From Tubulanus polymorphus (taxonomy: Eukaryota > Animalia > Nemertea): a stretch of DNA of 64,000 nucleotides. The DNA is taken from positions 13,957,653-14,021,652 of the forward strand of contig NC_134028.1 of NCBI RefSeq assembly GCF_964204645.1. Direction: 5' to 3'. Each line of letters starts with the position of its first letter. The stretch's first letter is position 1. The translations under genes and the position numbers were made by a program. Shown here piece by piece: positions 13,480 to 24,958 of this stretch. The notes beneath the pieces are model-generated. The model ran no database searches and was not told the origin of the DNA. It worked only from the letters and a program-made list of their open reading frames with translations.

Positions 13480-13760
13480 AAATTTACTCGGTCTGGTATA
13501 TTTTGGATTACTGTGTATGTCATTTGTCAGGACATTAAACAGAAGACGACTTAGGATACTACCTTGCGTGACTCCACTAGTTAGACCGTCTCATTCCAAG
13601 ATGAGGCGTTCCGTTGATTTCGGTTACAAGTTTCCGTTCAGAGATAACTGCTGAGCCATTTTAACGACCTATCATTGATACTGTTTCCTAATAGCCTCTA
13701 TAGTAATGGCTGATGTTGAACTGTATCAAATGCTTTGTTGAAATCTACCTTTAAACAGGA
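13480..13760 (-). pseudogene. Non-LTR (LINE) RT fragment carried in the HINE 3' body; copies also at ~25960-26240, 35360-35650, 38910-39200
   Basis: Minus strand of the ~26 kb copy reads VDFDKAFDK...WLSSYL...TSGVTQGSIL..LLFNVLTNDI, matching the LINE RT motifs DxxKAFD and GVPQGSxLSPLLF; the other copies are near-identical. Confidence 0.75.
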
Positions 13761-14093
13761 TTCTAAGACTGTGCAGAAAACCCGTTATCGCTGCTTTGCA
13801 GCTATATTTATTTTTTTTTTTCCACACTTTTTTGTCAAAACTACATAGGCTTTTTTACATTACCGCTGTTGCCGATACAATCCGTCTGATATCATTCAGC
13901 TCACTTCGATCTACAAATACTCCGTGCGAATTTTGAAGAATCAACGTTACAAAAGCACTGTCGGGCCGTAAACATCGAAAATTGAGCCCCATTCAAAGAG
14001 CCGACATGTTTTTCTAAGTCGTCTTTCCGAAATCTACCGCACGTTTCTTGTCACATCAATTATCAATTCAAGCATAAATTAACAAATATATTA

Positions 14094-14838
14094 TGTGGCC
14101 GGCTGTAAAATGTAAAAATCTAGTGTCTCTGCGTTTGTAAATACCCTTGACTATTTTGACTAGCTGGTGGCGCCGCTCTTTTGGTCTATGTCATTCTCTG
14201 TTAGACATCTGAGAAAGTCAGATGTCTGTTTAAGAATAAATGATTTCCTGAGTTAAATCATTCGTTTTGTCGTTTTCCAGGTGAGTGACTGATCGGGCCT
14301 TGTTATCTTATTTGCCACATTTGGCTCGTGTGTTTATAAATAAATCTGATATGTATTTTGGGGGGTTTGATTATGGATTTCATTCCAGTCAGATTTCATA
14401 GGGTTTGCTATGGTTTTATACACCGGAAGTGAAGTTGAGTTTTGGCGCCAATTAGCTAGTGTAGTCTGTGTACAATATGTAGATCATATATTATATAAGC
14501 TGGGTAAAGATTCGATTAATGTTGAAGATTGATCAATGAATGTTTAATGAATAATATGCATTTATGTTAGCGGATTAGATGATACAAATAAGAATAATGT
14601 TGAAGTGTAATATGTCATTCTCTGTTAGACATCTGAGAAAGTCAGATGTCTGTTTAAGAATAAATGATTTTCTGAGTTGAATCATTCGTTTTGTCGTTTT
14701 CCAGAGTTACCGGTTATTCAACACCGAGGAACCAGAGAGAAACGACAACGTAAGGATTCTCGAGGAGCGTCGTCGCAGGTCGTCTAGTTGACCCAAAGCT
14801 TAGTCTATCCGGGAAACAACAGGATATCGGCTATCACA
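14094..14838 (+). repeat. 5' LTR
   Basis: TGTGGCCGG...CGGCTATCACA, near-identical to 21973-22717. Confidence 0.96.
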
Positions 14839-14839
14839 T

Positions 14840-14856
14840 TGGCACCCTCGATGGGA
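14840..14856 (+). promoter_or_regulatory. Primer binding site, possibly tRNA-Arg(CCT)
   Basis: TGGCACCCTCGATGGGA just after the 5' LTR; tRNA identity is from recalled similarity to an Arg-CCT 3' end and is tentative. Confidence 0.65.
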
Positions 14857-16248
14857 TACATATCGACTAGATGATACCGACCGAGATTGATCGATGGTCG
14901 TCGGTATACGCATATCACGTAATACGTACGCGGGCCGAAAAGAAGGAAAAAAAAACGACGCGAACCGGGAGATCCGTCGATGCAACTTTCGGCAGTTGCT
15001 TAAGTGCATGCACCGTTTATTTAGTCCGTTGATTCAGTAGGCCTACCGTGGTCAGCTGAATGGTGCATCGAAGCCGAGAAAACCAGTTGGTTTACGGAGC
15101 GTGCGATAAGTTCTTACGTTAATTCTGTGCCGTCGTCAACTGATAATTGCACATAAGATTCGGATGGACAGCTGATTAGAATCATTCGCCGTCAGCGAAG
15201 GTATAGTAGAGATGTCTGTCGTGTGGGGATCCCTGAATAAAATGAATTGTACGATGAATTATGCTTAATTAAGTTTTGAGTGTGGCAACCAGTTGTGTGC
15301 TGTGACTCTTTGCTTTCGTTTTTGTTTCGTTGCGGAGAAAAGACTCTTCGTTGCGGGTGTTTAGTTGCGGTCGAGAAGGTGACTCGATCTCATAGGTTTT
15401 TATTTGGTTTGCTGGTGGATTGAACTGTGTTTGTTTTTGTTTTTTTGCTTTCGTTTTCATTTTACTGTGCTTGTTTTTTGTTTTTTTTTGCTTTCGTTTT
15501 TTTATTATTTTTGCGCGCTATTATTAATAATTTACGTTTATGATCCTTGACAAGCTTGTATTGCATGCCTGTATTTATTTGTGTGTTTATTTTATTCTTA
15601 TATGTATTAATAAAAAAAAAAAAAAAAAAACTTGTATCTAATCTAATCTGGTATGTTTAAACTGTAGGGATATTACTGCTAATTGGTATAAACGTCAGAT
15701 TTGGATACATTCGTGTCACAGATTATCGTGTGTAAGTTGAAAGGAAAATTAGAATATCTGCATGTCGCTTTGGTTTTGGTAGTCAGGGTACAGGAAGTAT
15801 AGATTCCTTTTCGTTTACCTGTCAAGTCGACAGTGAAATTTCTGTGAAAATTCATTTTATGTTAATTATTTGTGCTTGCTTTTCATACTTCGCTACTGTC
15901 ATTTCGTTTGCTTTGTGTGTGGTGTAGCTTTAGAAGTTTTGAGTTGATTGTTTGTGTGTAAAGCGAGGTCGTCATTCGGGAACCGATTCAAGTTGCCTGA
16001 AGCAACCATTCTCGGAGAGTTAGAAATAGTACCTAGTGGCCTCCTCGTATATTCGTAAGCTTGGTAAGTGCTTCCCATTGAAGGGTGAGTACACATACGT
16101 ATAGATTGGAGCATTTAAGCAAACCCTAAGGTCTGACTGGGTTTGGTTAGGGGGTTCTATCCTCAAGTGAAAATTATTATTGGGTTGATCGGTCATTCAT
16201 TTACGGATATTATCATAACCCGAAGTTTGAGCAAAGGTTGACTTAAAC

Positions 16249-17661
16249 ATGGCGTCGCTACTTGCTGGTCGTGTAATTTCAGTACAGTTTCCGGGCACTG
16301 TGAATGTTAACAAGTCTATGATAAGACATGATTTTGTCCAATTTGGAGGTATAGATACGGTCTGTTTACAGGGTAATTTTGTATTGGTCGTATTCTTCGA
16401 GCTGGAATCAGTTGGGAGAGCTTTGTCCACTGCAATTGAATTTCAGGGCCACCGACTCGAGGTGTTAGCTGTTTCTGATAGTGAATTACCACGTTTCCAG
16501 CAGATCATTATGGAATCGCGAATTGAAGAAATGATAAGCAATATGCCTGCCGATTCACGTTCATTATTTCTGGGAAGATTGTCTGGTGACCGAGACCAAT
16601 CAACACCAAAAGTTAGACCTTCCCGACCTAAGTTCGAAACTGCGGTGACTACTCCTCGCGCGTATGCGTTATACAAGGGTGAGGAGCTGTCTCAAACTTC
16701 AAACAATGGTGTTAACAGTAATGTGGTGGTTACGCCCAATCCCAGATTGAGCACTTTCTCTGGAGAGGTCAACCGAACTGATGTATCTTATAGACAGTGG
16801 CGTAGCGAAGTGGTTGGACTGAAATCGGACGGAGTTCATTCAACTGTACAGATACTGAATTTAGTTCGCAAGTCGTTGAAAGGAGTTGCGCGTGATTGTT
16901 TGATGAACCTGGAAAGTGAATGGGAGGGTGATCTGAATGTGAGCGTAGTCCTCGAGAGACTGGATACCTTGTTCGGAGAGATACTCACTCCTGGGCAGAT
17001 CATGAGTAAATTCTATACGGCGTCGCAGGCCAAGGATGAGAGTGTCAACTTGTGGGCGTGTCGGCTTGAGGAGATTCGCGGACATGCGCCAAGTTCTCTA
17101 AGCGAGGATGAACTAAAAGCTCAGTTTTGGCAAGGATTGGTTCACCCCCAGATGAAGCTTGGTTTGAGACCATTACTCGTGTCCTGTACGTATCAGGATA
17201 TCGTTCGCGAGGCGAGGAAAATAGAACAAGAATTGGGATTAGATGGCCCCAGAAAAGTTTCAATGGATGAAAGGAAACCGAACACGGTGAGGTATACATG
17301 TGCTCAACAGGTTTATGCAGGAGGGGCTGATGATCTCAGGAAGTCGATTCAATCACTGACCGAAACAGTGAAGAGACTTTCGGCTGACGTATCAGAGCTG
17401 AAACAAAGAGTACCAGCCTGTACTTCTGAACCAATGCCCCGCCCTGAGACCCAATTTGCGAATCGAGGTCGTGCAATGAACCGTGCCGGTGCCGCAAGTG
17501 GACGTGGATACCAGGGATATCAAGGTCCTAGTTCACGCGGCAGAACAAGAGGATGTTTTAGATGTGGTGCACAGGGCCACTATCAACGTGATTGTCCACG
17601 ATCGGGAAACATGTATCAGTCTGGTCCAGGGGCCATGGGCCAGGCAAGTCGTCCCTTGTAG
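16249..17661 (+). CDS. gag: Gag (PNMA-like capsid, N-terminal RRM-like domain, CCHC knuckle)
   Basis: 470-aa intact ORF; PRLSTFSGE...SYRQWRSEV capsid start; CFRCGAQGHYQRDC knuckle. Confidence 0.92.
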   Translation: MASLLAGRVISVQFPGTVNVNKSMIRHDFVQFGGIDTVCLQGNFVLVVFFELESVGRALSTAIEFQGHRLEVLAVSDSELPRFQQIIMESRIEEMISNMPADSRSLFLGRLSGDRDQSTPKVRPSRPKFETAVTTPRAYALYKGEELSQTSNNGVNSNVVVTPNPRLSTFSGEVNRTDVSYRQWRSEVVGLKSDGVHSTVQILNLVRKSLKGVARDCLMNLESEWEGDLNVSVVLERLDTLFGEILTPGQIMSKFYTASQAKDESVNLWACRLEEIRGHAPSSLSEDELKAQFWQGLVHPQMKLGLRPLLVSCTYQDIVREARKIEQELGLDGPRKVSMDERKPNTVRYTCAQQVYAGGADDLRKSIQSLTETVKRLSADVSELKQRVPACTSEPMPRPETQFANRGRAMNRAGAASGRGYQGYQGPSSRGRTRGCFRCGAQGHYQRDCPRSGNMYQSGPGAMGQASRPL

Positions 17662-20600
17662 GCCCATCTAATGAGACAACTGTCGAAATTAATGGAAAAT
17701 CAAGCAAAGCGTTAATCGATACCGGCTCACAGGTGACAACCATTTCCGCGCAGTTTTTTAGTTCTCTGGATACGCCATTATATCCCGTGGATGATTTTAT
17801 GGACGTGAGGACAGCTAGTGGTAGTAATTTACCGTACTATGGTTGTGCCGAGGTGAATGTCACTGTGAACGGACAGTCACTTTATGTATTAGCATTGGTA
17901 ACGGCAGATACCGACTACAGCGAGGAAGTTCCTGTAGTGTTAGGAACCAACGCGCTGCAACATTTCAGCGGTGACCCTACCGATTCTACCCCCATTAATC
18001 AGGCAATGAATGTGCTTCAGCGACCACCTGAAGAAGTTCGCACTACTAAGCAGGTAACTATACCGGCGAGATCTCAGGTAAGTATTCGCGGCATTGTACG
18101 AGATTTGCCTAAGTACGCTGAAACATTAATGACGAGCACCACGGAGGAGGACACCTTACCGGGAACGCTGGTGATGGTACCAACTGTCTCCAAAGTGCGA
18201 GTTGCTCGTTGCAATAGAATCGGCGTTTGTGTGCGGAATCTAGGTCAATTACCTGTAACCATCCCGGCCAGGGTGGCTATTTGCGCCGTGGAACCGGTCA
18301 GCAGAGTAAAACCTCAATTGGTTAACCCTACTGTTCCCCTGAAACATCAGATGAAGAATCATGGTGATGCGGATGATAGCAAGTTGTTCGACCTGTTCAA
18401 ATGGGAAGACTGTGACACAACCCCAGAGCAGCTCATTCGTCTGAAGGAACTCGTTCGAAATCACCAGAATATATTTTCAGTGTCCGATATGGACAATGGA
18501 CGTTGCACAACAGTGAAACATCAGATCAAATTGGATGAGGATGTTCCGGTGAAGGAAAGATATCGTCGGGTGCCTCCCTCTATGGTTGAAGAAGTGAGGG
18601 AGCATCTAGCTATGATGTCATCTGCTGGCATTACTCGTATGTCATCTAGCTCATGGTCGTCACCCGTTGTCCTGGTCAGGAAGAAGGATGGAGGATTAAG
18701 ATTTTGTGTTGACTATCGTACTCTCAATCGTCGCACGATTAAGGACCGGCAAGCTCTGCCTCGAACTGATGAATTGATTGAGAAAGTTGCCGGAGCAAAA
18801 TATTTTACCTCCCTAGATTTGAAATCGGGATATTGGCAGGTGGAGATAGAGGAAGCCGACAAGGGGAAAACCGCCTTTAACGTAGGTCCTGGTCTGGGCT
18901 TCTGGGAATTCAACGTCATGCCATTTGGTTTGACTAACGCTCCTAGTACATTTCAGCGGTTAATGGAGACAACGCTGGGTGACCTGAATATGCGAGAGTG
19001 TGTAGTTTTCATTGATGACATCCTGATCTTTTCAACCACTTTTGAGGAGCATATGGCGAGGCTGGAGCGTGTATTCAGGAGACTGGCTGAAGCCGGATTG
19101 AAATTAAAGCCCTCGAAATGTGAATTCTTTAGAAAATCTGTCATCTACCTCGGGCACAAGCTGTCAGAACAAGGAATTGAACCCGACCCGTCGAAATTGG
19201 CTGCGGTGAAAGATTGGCCGGTGCCAACCACGGTAACGGATGTGCGAAAGTTCCTCGGGTTTTCAGGGTATTATAGGCGATTTATCGAAAACTATGCGCG
19301 GATCGCTGCTCCTCTGACCAGGTTACTCACAGGTGTTTCAGTCTTAAAGGGAAAACGGAAGACGGCAGAGAGGAAAACAATGGTCAACTGGGGAAAGCCT
19401 GAGCAGGATAGTTTCGCGACTTTGAAGAAAGCATTGATAACCGCACCAGTGCTAGGATTTGCCGATTACCGGAAGCCTTTTGAGGTTCACACCGATGCTT
19501 CTCTGGAGGGACTCGGTGCTGTGCTGTACCAAACAAACGAAAAGGGGCTGAAACAGGTTGTAGCGTACGCAAGTCGCGGATTATCGACAGCGGAGAGCAG
19601 GTATCCGGTGCACAAGCTGGAGTTTCTCGCGATGAAGTGGGCTATCACAGATAAATTTCATGACTACCTGTATGGGAACAAGGTGCTGGTAAAAACAGAT
19701 AATAATCCGCTCACTTATGTGCTGAAGAATGCAAAGCTTGACGCAGTTGGACACCGGTGGTTGCAGGCTCTATCTGTGTACGACATCGACCTGGAGTATT
19801 TAAGTGGAACCAGGAATACTGATGCTGATGCATTATCCCGAAGTCCGTTGAATAAACTCACGTCGGAGGTATTTCAAGCGGTGTGCCAGGTACACAGGGT
19901 GGACCCAACTGAGCCATGGACGTTTGAAACCGGAACTAGCAACATGAAGCAACTCCAGCGAGCGGACCCGGTAATCAATCGTGTGATAAGCTGTATTAGA
20001 GAAAAACGGAAGTTCAGACCTTCGTGCCCAGCAGAGTACGCAGTGAGTCGAGCGTTCAAGTCTTTACTACTACACGACGGAGTTCTATATCGTAGGATGT
20101 CCGGCAGCGACGGTGTCGAATATAAGGTATGGCTGCCGGCATCGGAACAACAAATGGTTCTTCAGTCCTTACATGATGACATGGGCCACCCTGGACGAGA
20201 CAAGACCCTGGCAATGTTACGTGCAAGATGCTATTGGCCAGGGATGCGATCGTCGGTTGAGGAATTTGTCAAAAGTTGTAAGCGTTGTGTTTTGTCCAAG
20301 TCGTCTACTCCTACACAGGTAGCTCCACTGGTGAGTATTGAAACTGCCTACCCACTGCAGTTACTGTGTATGGATTACCTTACGCTGGAACCATCTTCCG
20401 GGTATGAGAAGGTACTTGTCCTCACAGACCATTTCACTAAGTTTTCTTGGGCGGTACCAACCAGGAACGAAACTGCGAGGACAACAGCGAGAATTCTGTT
20501 CAATGAAATTGTAACGAAATTTGGAGCACCAACCCAATTGCACTCGGATCAGGGTCCTGGGTTCGAGATTAGAGTTATCAAGGAGTTATGCCAACTTCCG

Positions 20601-21346
20601 GGAATGAAGAAGACTCGAACTACTACTTATCATCCGGCTGGGAACGGTGCTGTCGAACGTTTTAATCAAACTCTGATCCATCTCCTGTCAAGTCTTCCTC
20701 CCGAGAGAAAAATAAATGGCGCGACTACATCAGCCCACTGGTATACGCCTACAACTGTACCCCACATGAGTCCACAGGATACGAACCTTATTACCTTATG
20801 TTCGGCCGGAAACCCACCTTATCAGTTGATGCACAGTATGGATGGATTCAACCTGGAACAGCGGCCAGTACTACCACCTACATAAAGCAGCTTGAGGAGG
20901 TTCTGGACGAGGCCTGGAAGATAGCGGCGGAACAGTTATGTAAGAGAGGATGCAGAAGGAAGGAGGTGTACGATACAAAGGCAAAATGAGCTGATATCGA
21001 AGAAGGCGACCTTGTATTAGTGAAAAGAGAAGGTTTCAAGGAGAGACACAAACTAGCCGACAAATGGGAGTCAGATTCGTTCCGCGTTGAGCAGAGAATG
21101 TCGGATGATGTTCCTGTTTTCAGGATACGTCGCCTGGATGGTAGTGGTAAAGACAAAATCTTGCATCGGAACAAGCTCTTGCCGTTAGCTGCTCCATTCC
21201 GGGAGGATTGCGAACCGAAGTCAACTTCATCTGTTCAGAGGAAACCTTATCCAACCCCTGGAATCTCCAAAATGAGACAAATGTCAGAACCCCATGACAA
21301 TGTAAAGACGGCAACGAGAATGAAGAGTATGATGAAGAGTTGCTAG
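17592..21346 (+). CDS. pol: Pol (protease-RT-RNase H-integrase), with lesions in the integrase C-terminus
   Basis: LIDTGSQ protease, FIDD RT, TDAS RNase H, HHCC and DDE integrase. 1-nt loss in the A-run at ~20710 and TGA at 20987-20989. Confidence 0.93.
17604..17646 (+). promoter_or_regulatory. -1 ribosomal frameshift signal between gag and pol
   Basis: G GGA AAC heptamer in gag frame (17604-17610), 8-nt spacer, 10-bp stem GTCTGGTCCA/TGGGCCAGGC; pol is in the -1 frame. Confidence 0.75.
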
Positions 21347-21958
21347 TCGTACCAGTGTTACGTAAAGCCAGAGTGAACGATGAAGTTGTTCCTTTACGAG
21401 AGACTGTTCCTCCAGATACAGCGGAGCGGAGCATCGAACCTGTAGCATTGGTGAATCGGGATACAGGAGTTGATTTTACAGCATCGCCAGGTCAGGATAT
21501 TCAGACGGAGATTCGGGATCCGGATGTTATCGGTGATGTTGGACTAGTAGCTGAAGCAGAAGCTTCCAACAATACGTCGGTAGATACGATCGAGACAAAT
21601 GAGGAACCTGTTGTTCGTAGAGCTAGTTCTCGTGTTAGGAAAAAACCGGCCTGGCAACGTTCGGAGGATTATGTGTTATATTTTATGGTTCAGATCTGAC
21701 TGGTTTGTGATATGATGACTTGAATGATGAATGTAAACTTTTAAGTAGTTAAAGAGAAAACAATTATAAAAAAAAGGGGGAAGGGAAATATGTTGTTTTA
21801 ATTCTGGATCTTGTTTCACTGCTGTTAAGCTCAGAGTTGACTTGGTTACCGTGTTGCATTTTGTTTTCTCTTCTTTTGCGCAGATTAGCTTGGACATTGG
21901 TTGGTCGGTGTTCCCTGTTATTCGTTGGGATACAATGATATCCAGGACGATATTTTTT

Positions 21959-21972
21959 GGCTGGGGAAAGTA
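21959..21972 (+). promoter_or_regulatory. Polypurine tract
   Basis: GGCTGGGGAAAGTA directly before the 3' LTR. Confidence 0.7.
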
Positions 21973-22717
21973 TGTGGCCGGCTGTAAAATGTAAAATTCT
22001 AGTGTCTCTGCGTTTGTAAATACCCTTGACTATTTTGACTAGCTGGTGGCGCCGCTCTTTTGGTCTATGTCATTCTCTGTTAGACATCTGAGAAAGTCAG
22101 ATGTCTGTTTAAGAATAAATGATTTTCTGAGTTAAATCATTCGTTTTGTCGTTTTCCAGGTGAGTGACTGATCGGGCCTTGTTATCTTATTTGCCACATT
22201 TGGCTCGTGTGTTTATAAATAAATCTGATATGTATTTTGGGGGGTTTGATTATGGATTTCATTCCAGTCAGATTTCATAGGGTTTGCTATGGTTTTATAC
22301 ACCGGAAGTGAAGTTGAGTTTTGGCGCCAATTAGTTAGTGTAGTCTGTGTACAATATGTAGATCATATATTATATAAGCTGGGTAAAGATTCGATTAATG
22401 TTGAAGATTAATCAATGAATGTTTAATGAATAATATGCATTTATGTTAGCGGATTAGATGATACAAATAAGAATAATGTTGAAGTGTAATATGTCATTCT
22501 CTGTTAGACATCTGAGAAAGTCAGATGTCTGTTTAAGAATAAATGATTTTCTGAGTTAAATCATTCGTTTTGTCGTTTTCCAGAGTTACCGGTTATTCAA
22601 CACCGAGGAACCAGAGAGAAACGACAACGTAAGGATTCTCGAGGAGCGTCGTCGCAGGTCGTCTAGTTGACCCAAAGCTTAGTCTATCCGGGAAACAACA
22701 GGATATCGGCTATCACA
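21973..22717 (+). repeat. 3' LTR
   Basis: Near-identical to 14094-14838. Confidence 0.96.
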
Positions 22718-23769
22718 TTACCCAAAGATTGCACATTCTGTCGCGGTTTTTAAAAACTAATTTTAACAATAGCCCATTTGTCTCATCAAATCGTATTACC
22801 GATATACAGGAAATTTACTACTTTAGATTTTAAAAGCACTGTCGAGCCGTAAACATCGACAAATCGACGTGTGTCAGTACATCGTCGTTCCGGGGATTAG
22901 CTGCGAGTTTCACCTCATCATGAGAATCAAATCGAGTACAAATTAATTTATTACTACCAGTGATTTGGCTGCGGGCGTCATGCAGTTAGTTTAGCAATAC
23001 CTATTTTTCTTTATCAAATTAACCGTGTATTTACTAAGATAAATCATAAGTGTACCGGGGAGTCGTAGGCCTAAACGAAACACGCCGAAGAGATATAGCG
23101 GAGAAAAGTTGTTATGTCGACGAGGTATCAAAATAAAAGAATATATTACTTTATTCGGCCGCGGGCTTCAACCTCTATATCAATACCATCAATACTCTAT
23201 ATTTCCTACAGTACATACCGATCATTGTCAAATGCACAAGGTTTTTACTAAATACAAGTATATAACACACTCCTATCCGTATGCTGGACTCACACTTGAC
23301 ATTCGGAGTAAGCGTTCGCTGTGGGGGAAAGGGATCGTGCGCTGTGTCGCTTGAAGTGTTTATCGAGTTTGACGCGGCTTTAGGCCTACCGGTACTGAGC
23401 TTTACTGTCTCAAACAAACACAGTATAATTGTTGCGTTTATTAACGGACTCATTGGATTGAACTTCAAAACAAAATTTACGATATTTAGGTGGGTTGTTA
23501 TTCAATAGGCCTACGACCAATCTGTCCGGATGTTAGGCCTACGCATATACATAGGCCTACATAGGCTAGTAGCCTCTACTAGGTTAAGCGTTGGCTGTGG
23601 GGGAAAGGAGATCGTTCGCTGTGTCGCTTGAAGTGTTTATCGAGTTTTACGCGACCTTAAGGCTTTAGTGTGGTGGCTGATAAGGGCCATGCGTAAAAAA
23701 ACCACGTATATGCAAATGAGGGCGACATTATGACAAAACGACAAAACTAAAATAACGCGACAAAACAAT

Positions 23770-24470
23770 AATTTTGGTTTTGTCGCCCGTCACAATTCAT
23801 AATTTTGGTTTTATCGCCCGCGAAAATTCATTATTTTGGTTTTATCGCCCGCGACAATTCATTTATTTGGTTTAATCGCCCGCAACAATTCATTAGTTTG
23901 GTTTTGTCGCCCGCGACAATTCAATATTTTGGTTTTGTCGCCCGCGACAATTCCAGATTTTGGTTTTATCGCCCGTGACGATTCATTATTTTGGTTTTGT
24001 CGCACGCGACAATTCATTATTTTGGTTTTATCGCCCGCGAAATTTTTTTTTGTCGCGGTTTTATCGCCTGCGACAATTCAATATTTTGCTTTATCGCCAG
24101 CGACGATTCATTATTTTGGTTTAATCGCCCGCAACAATTCATTAGTTTGGTTTTGTCGCCCGCGACAATTCAATATTTTGGTTTTGTCGCCCGCGACAAT
24201 TCAATATTTTGGTTTTGTCGCCCGCCACAATTCCAGATTTTGGTTTTTTCGCCCGTGACAATTCATTAGTTTGGTTTTATCGCTTGCGACAATTCATTAT
24301 TTTGGTTTTATCGCCCGCGACAATTCAACATTTTGGTTTTGTCGCCCGCGACAATTTAACATTTTGGTTTTATCGCCCGCGACAATTGATTATTTTGGTT
24401 TTATCGCCCGCGACAATTGATTAATTTGGTTTTATTGCCCGCGACAATTAATTTTTTTGGTTTTGTCGCC
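23770..24470 (+). repeat. 31-bp tandem array, ~22 copies, in HINE unit B
   Basis: Same unit as 10258-13420. Confidence 0.95.
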
Positions 24471-24559
24471 CACTTTATTAGCTTTTGAATAATTAGGCCA
24501 ATTAATAACGTAATAAAGACATGATTTCGCCTATTTTGAAGTTGATTAATCTGATATAG

Positions 24560-24958
24560 TACGGAAGCGATAAAGGGCCTCGAGTGTCGCGTTCAAACTC
24601 GACAAGTTGCCATATTTATGTCGATATGTCGCGATATATCGCGTCAAGTCCACATGAACATGTCTACATATCGTGACGTTTTCACGACAAATTTCGCTTT
24701 TTTGCTCATTTTCCACAGGACAAGCCGTCATTTGAAGACATGTCTAAAGGTAAGATGAGGACGCCAGTAATATGACGTCTGAGTTTCAAGTCGTCATGAA
24801 TATGTCGACTTGTCGCGAGGAAAATGGTCGAGAAAACGAAATATGTCGTCAAAACGTCACGATATATCGACATATTCATGTCGACTTGACGCGATATATC
24901 GCGGTATGTCGACATAAATATGGCGACTTATCGAGTTGGAACCCTTATCGTTTCCGTA
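24560..24958. mobile_element. Fold-back MITE (TACGGAA...TTCCGTA); partial second copy at 25055-25180
   Basis: Long imperfect inverted arms; GATATAG on both sides (24553-24559, 24959-24965). Confidence 0.75.

Larger units (their letters stand above)
9163..13809 (+). mobile_element. Non-autonomous Helentron-associated element (HINE/DINE-1-like), unit A
   Basis: 5' subTIR GGGTTTTCTG, microsatellite, body, central tandem repeat, 3' subTIR CAGAAAACCC (13774), stem-loop GCTGC-TTT-GCAGC, terminal TATATTT; no TSD. Confidence 0.8.
14094..22717 (+). mobile_element. Young full-length Ty3/Gypsy LTR retrotransposon
   Basis: Two 745-bp TG...CA LTRs differing at about five positions by eye; PBS, gag, pol, PPT; flanks rejoin to the HINE body. 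Confidence 0.97.

Noticed and set aside
14200-14230. Possible hammerhead ribozyme in the LTR hairpin (CTGAGAAAG)
   Set aside because: Lacks the CUGANGA...GAAA core with three stems; it is a simple hairpin.
16197-21434. Short antisense and alternate-frame ORFs over gag/pol
   Set aside because: Shadows of the long retroelement ORFs with no recognisable motifs.
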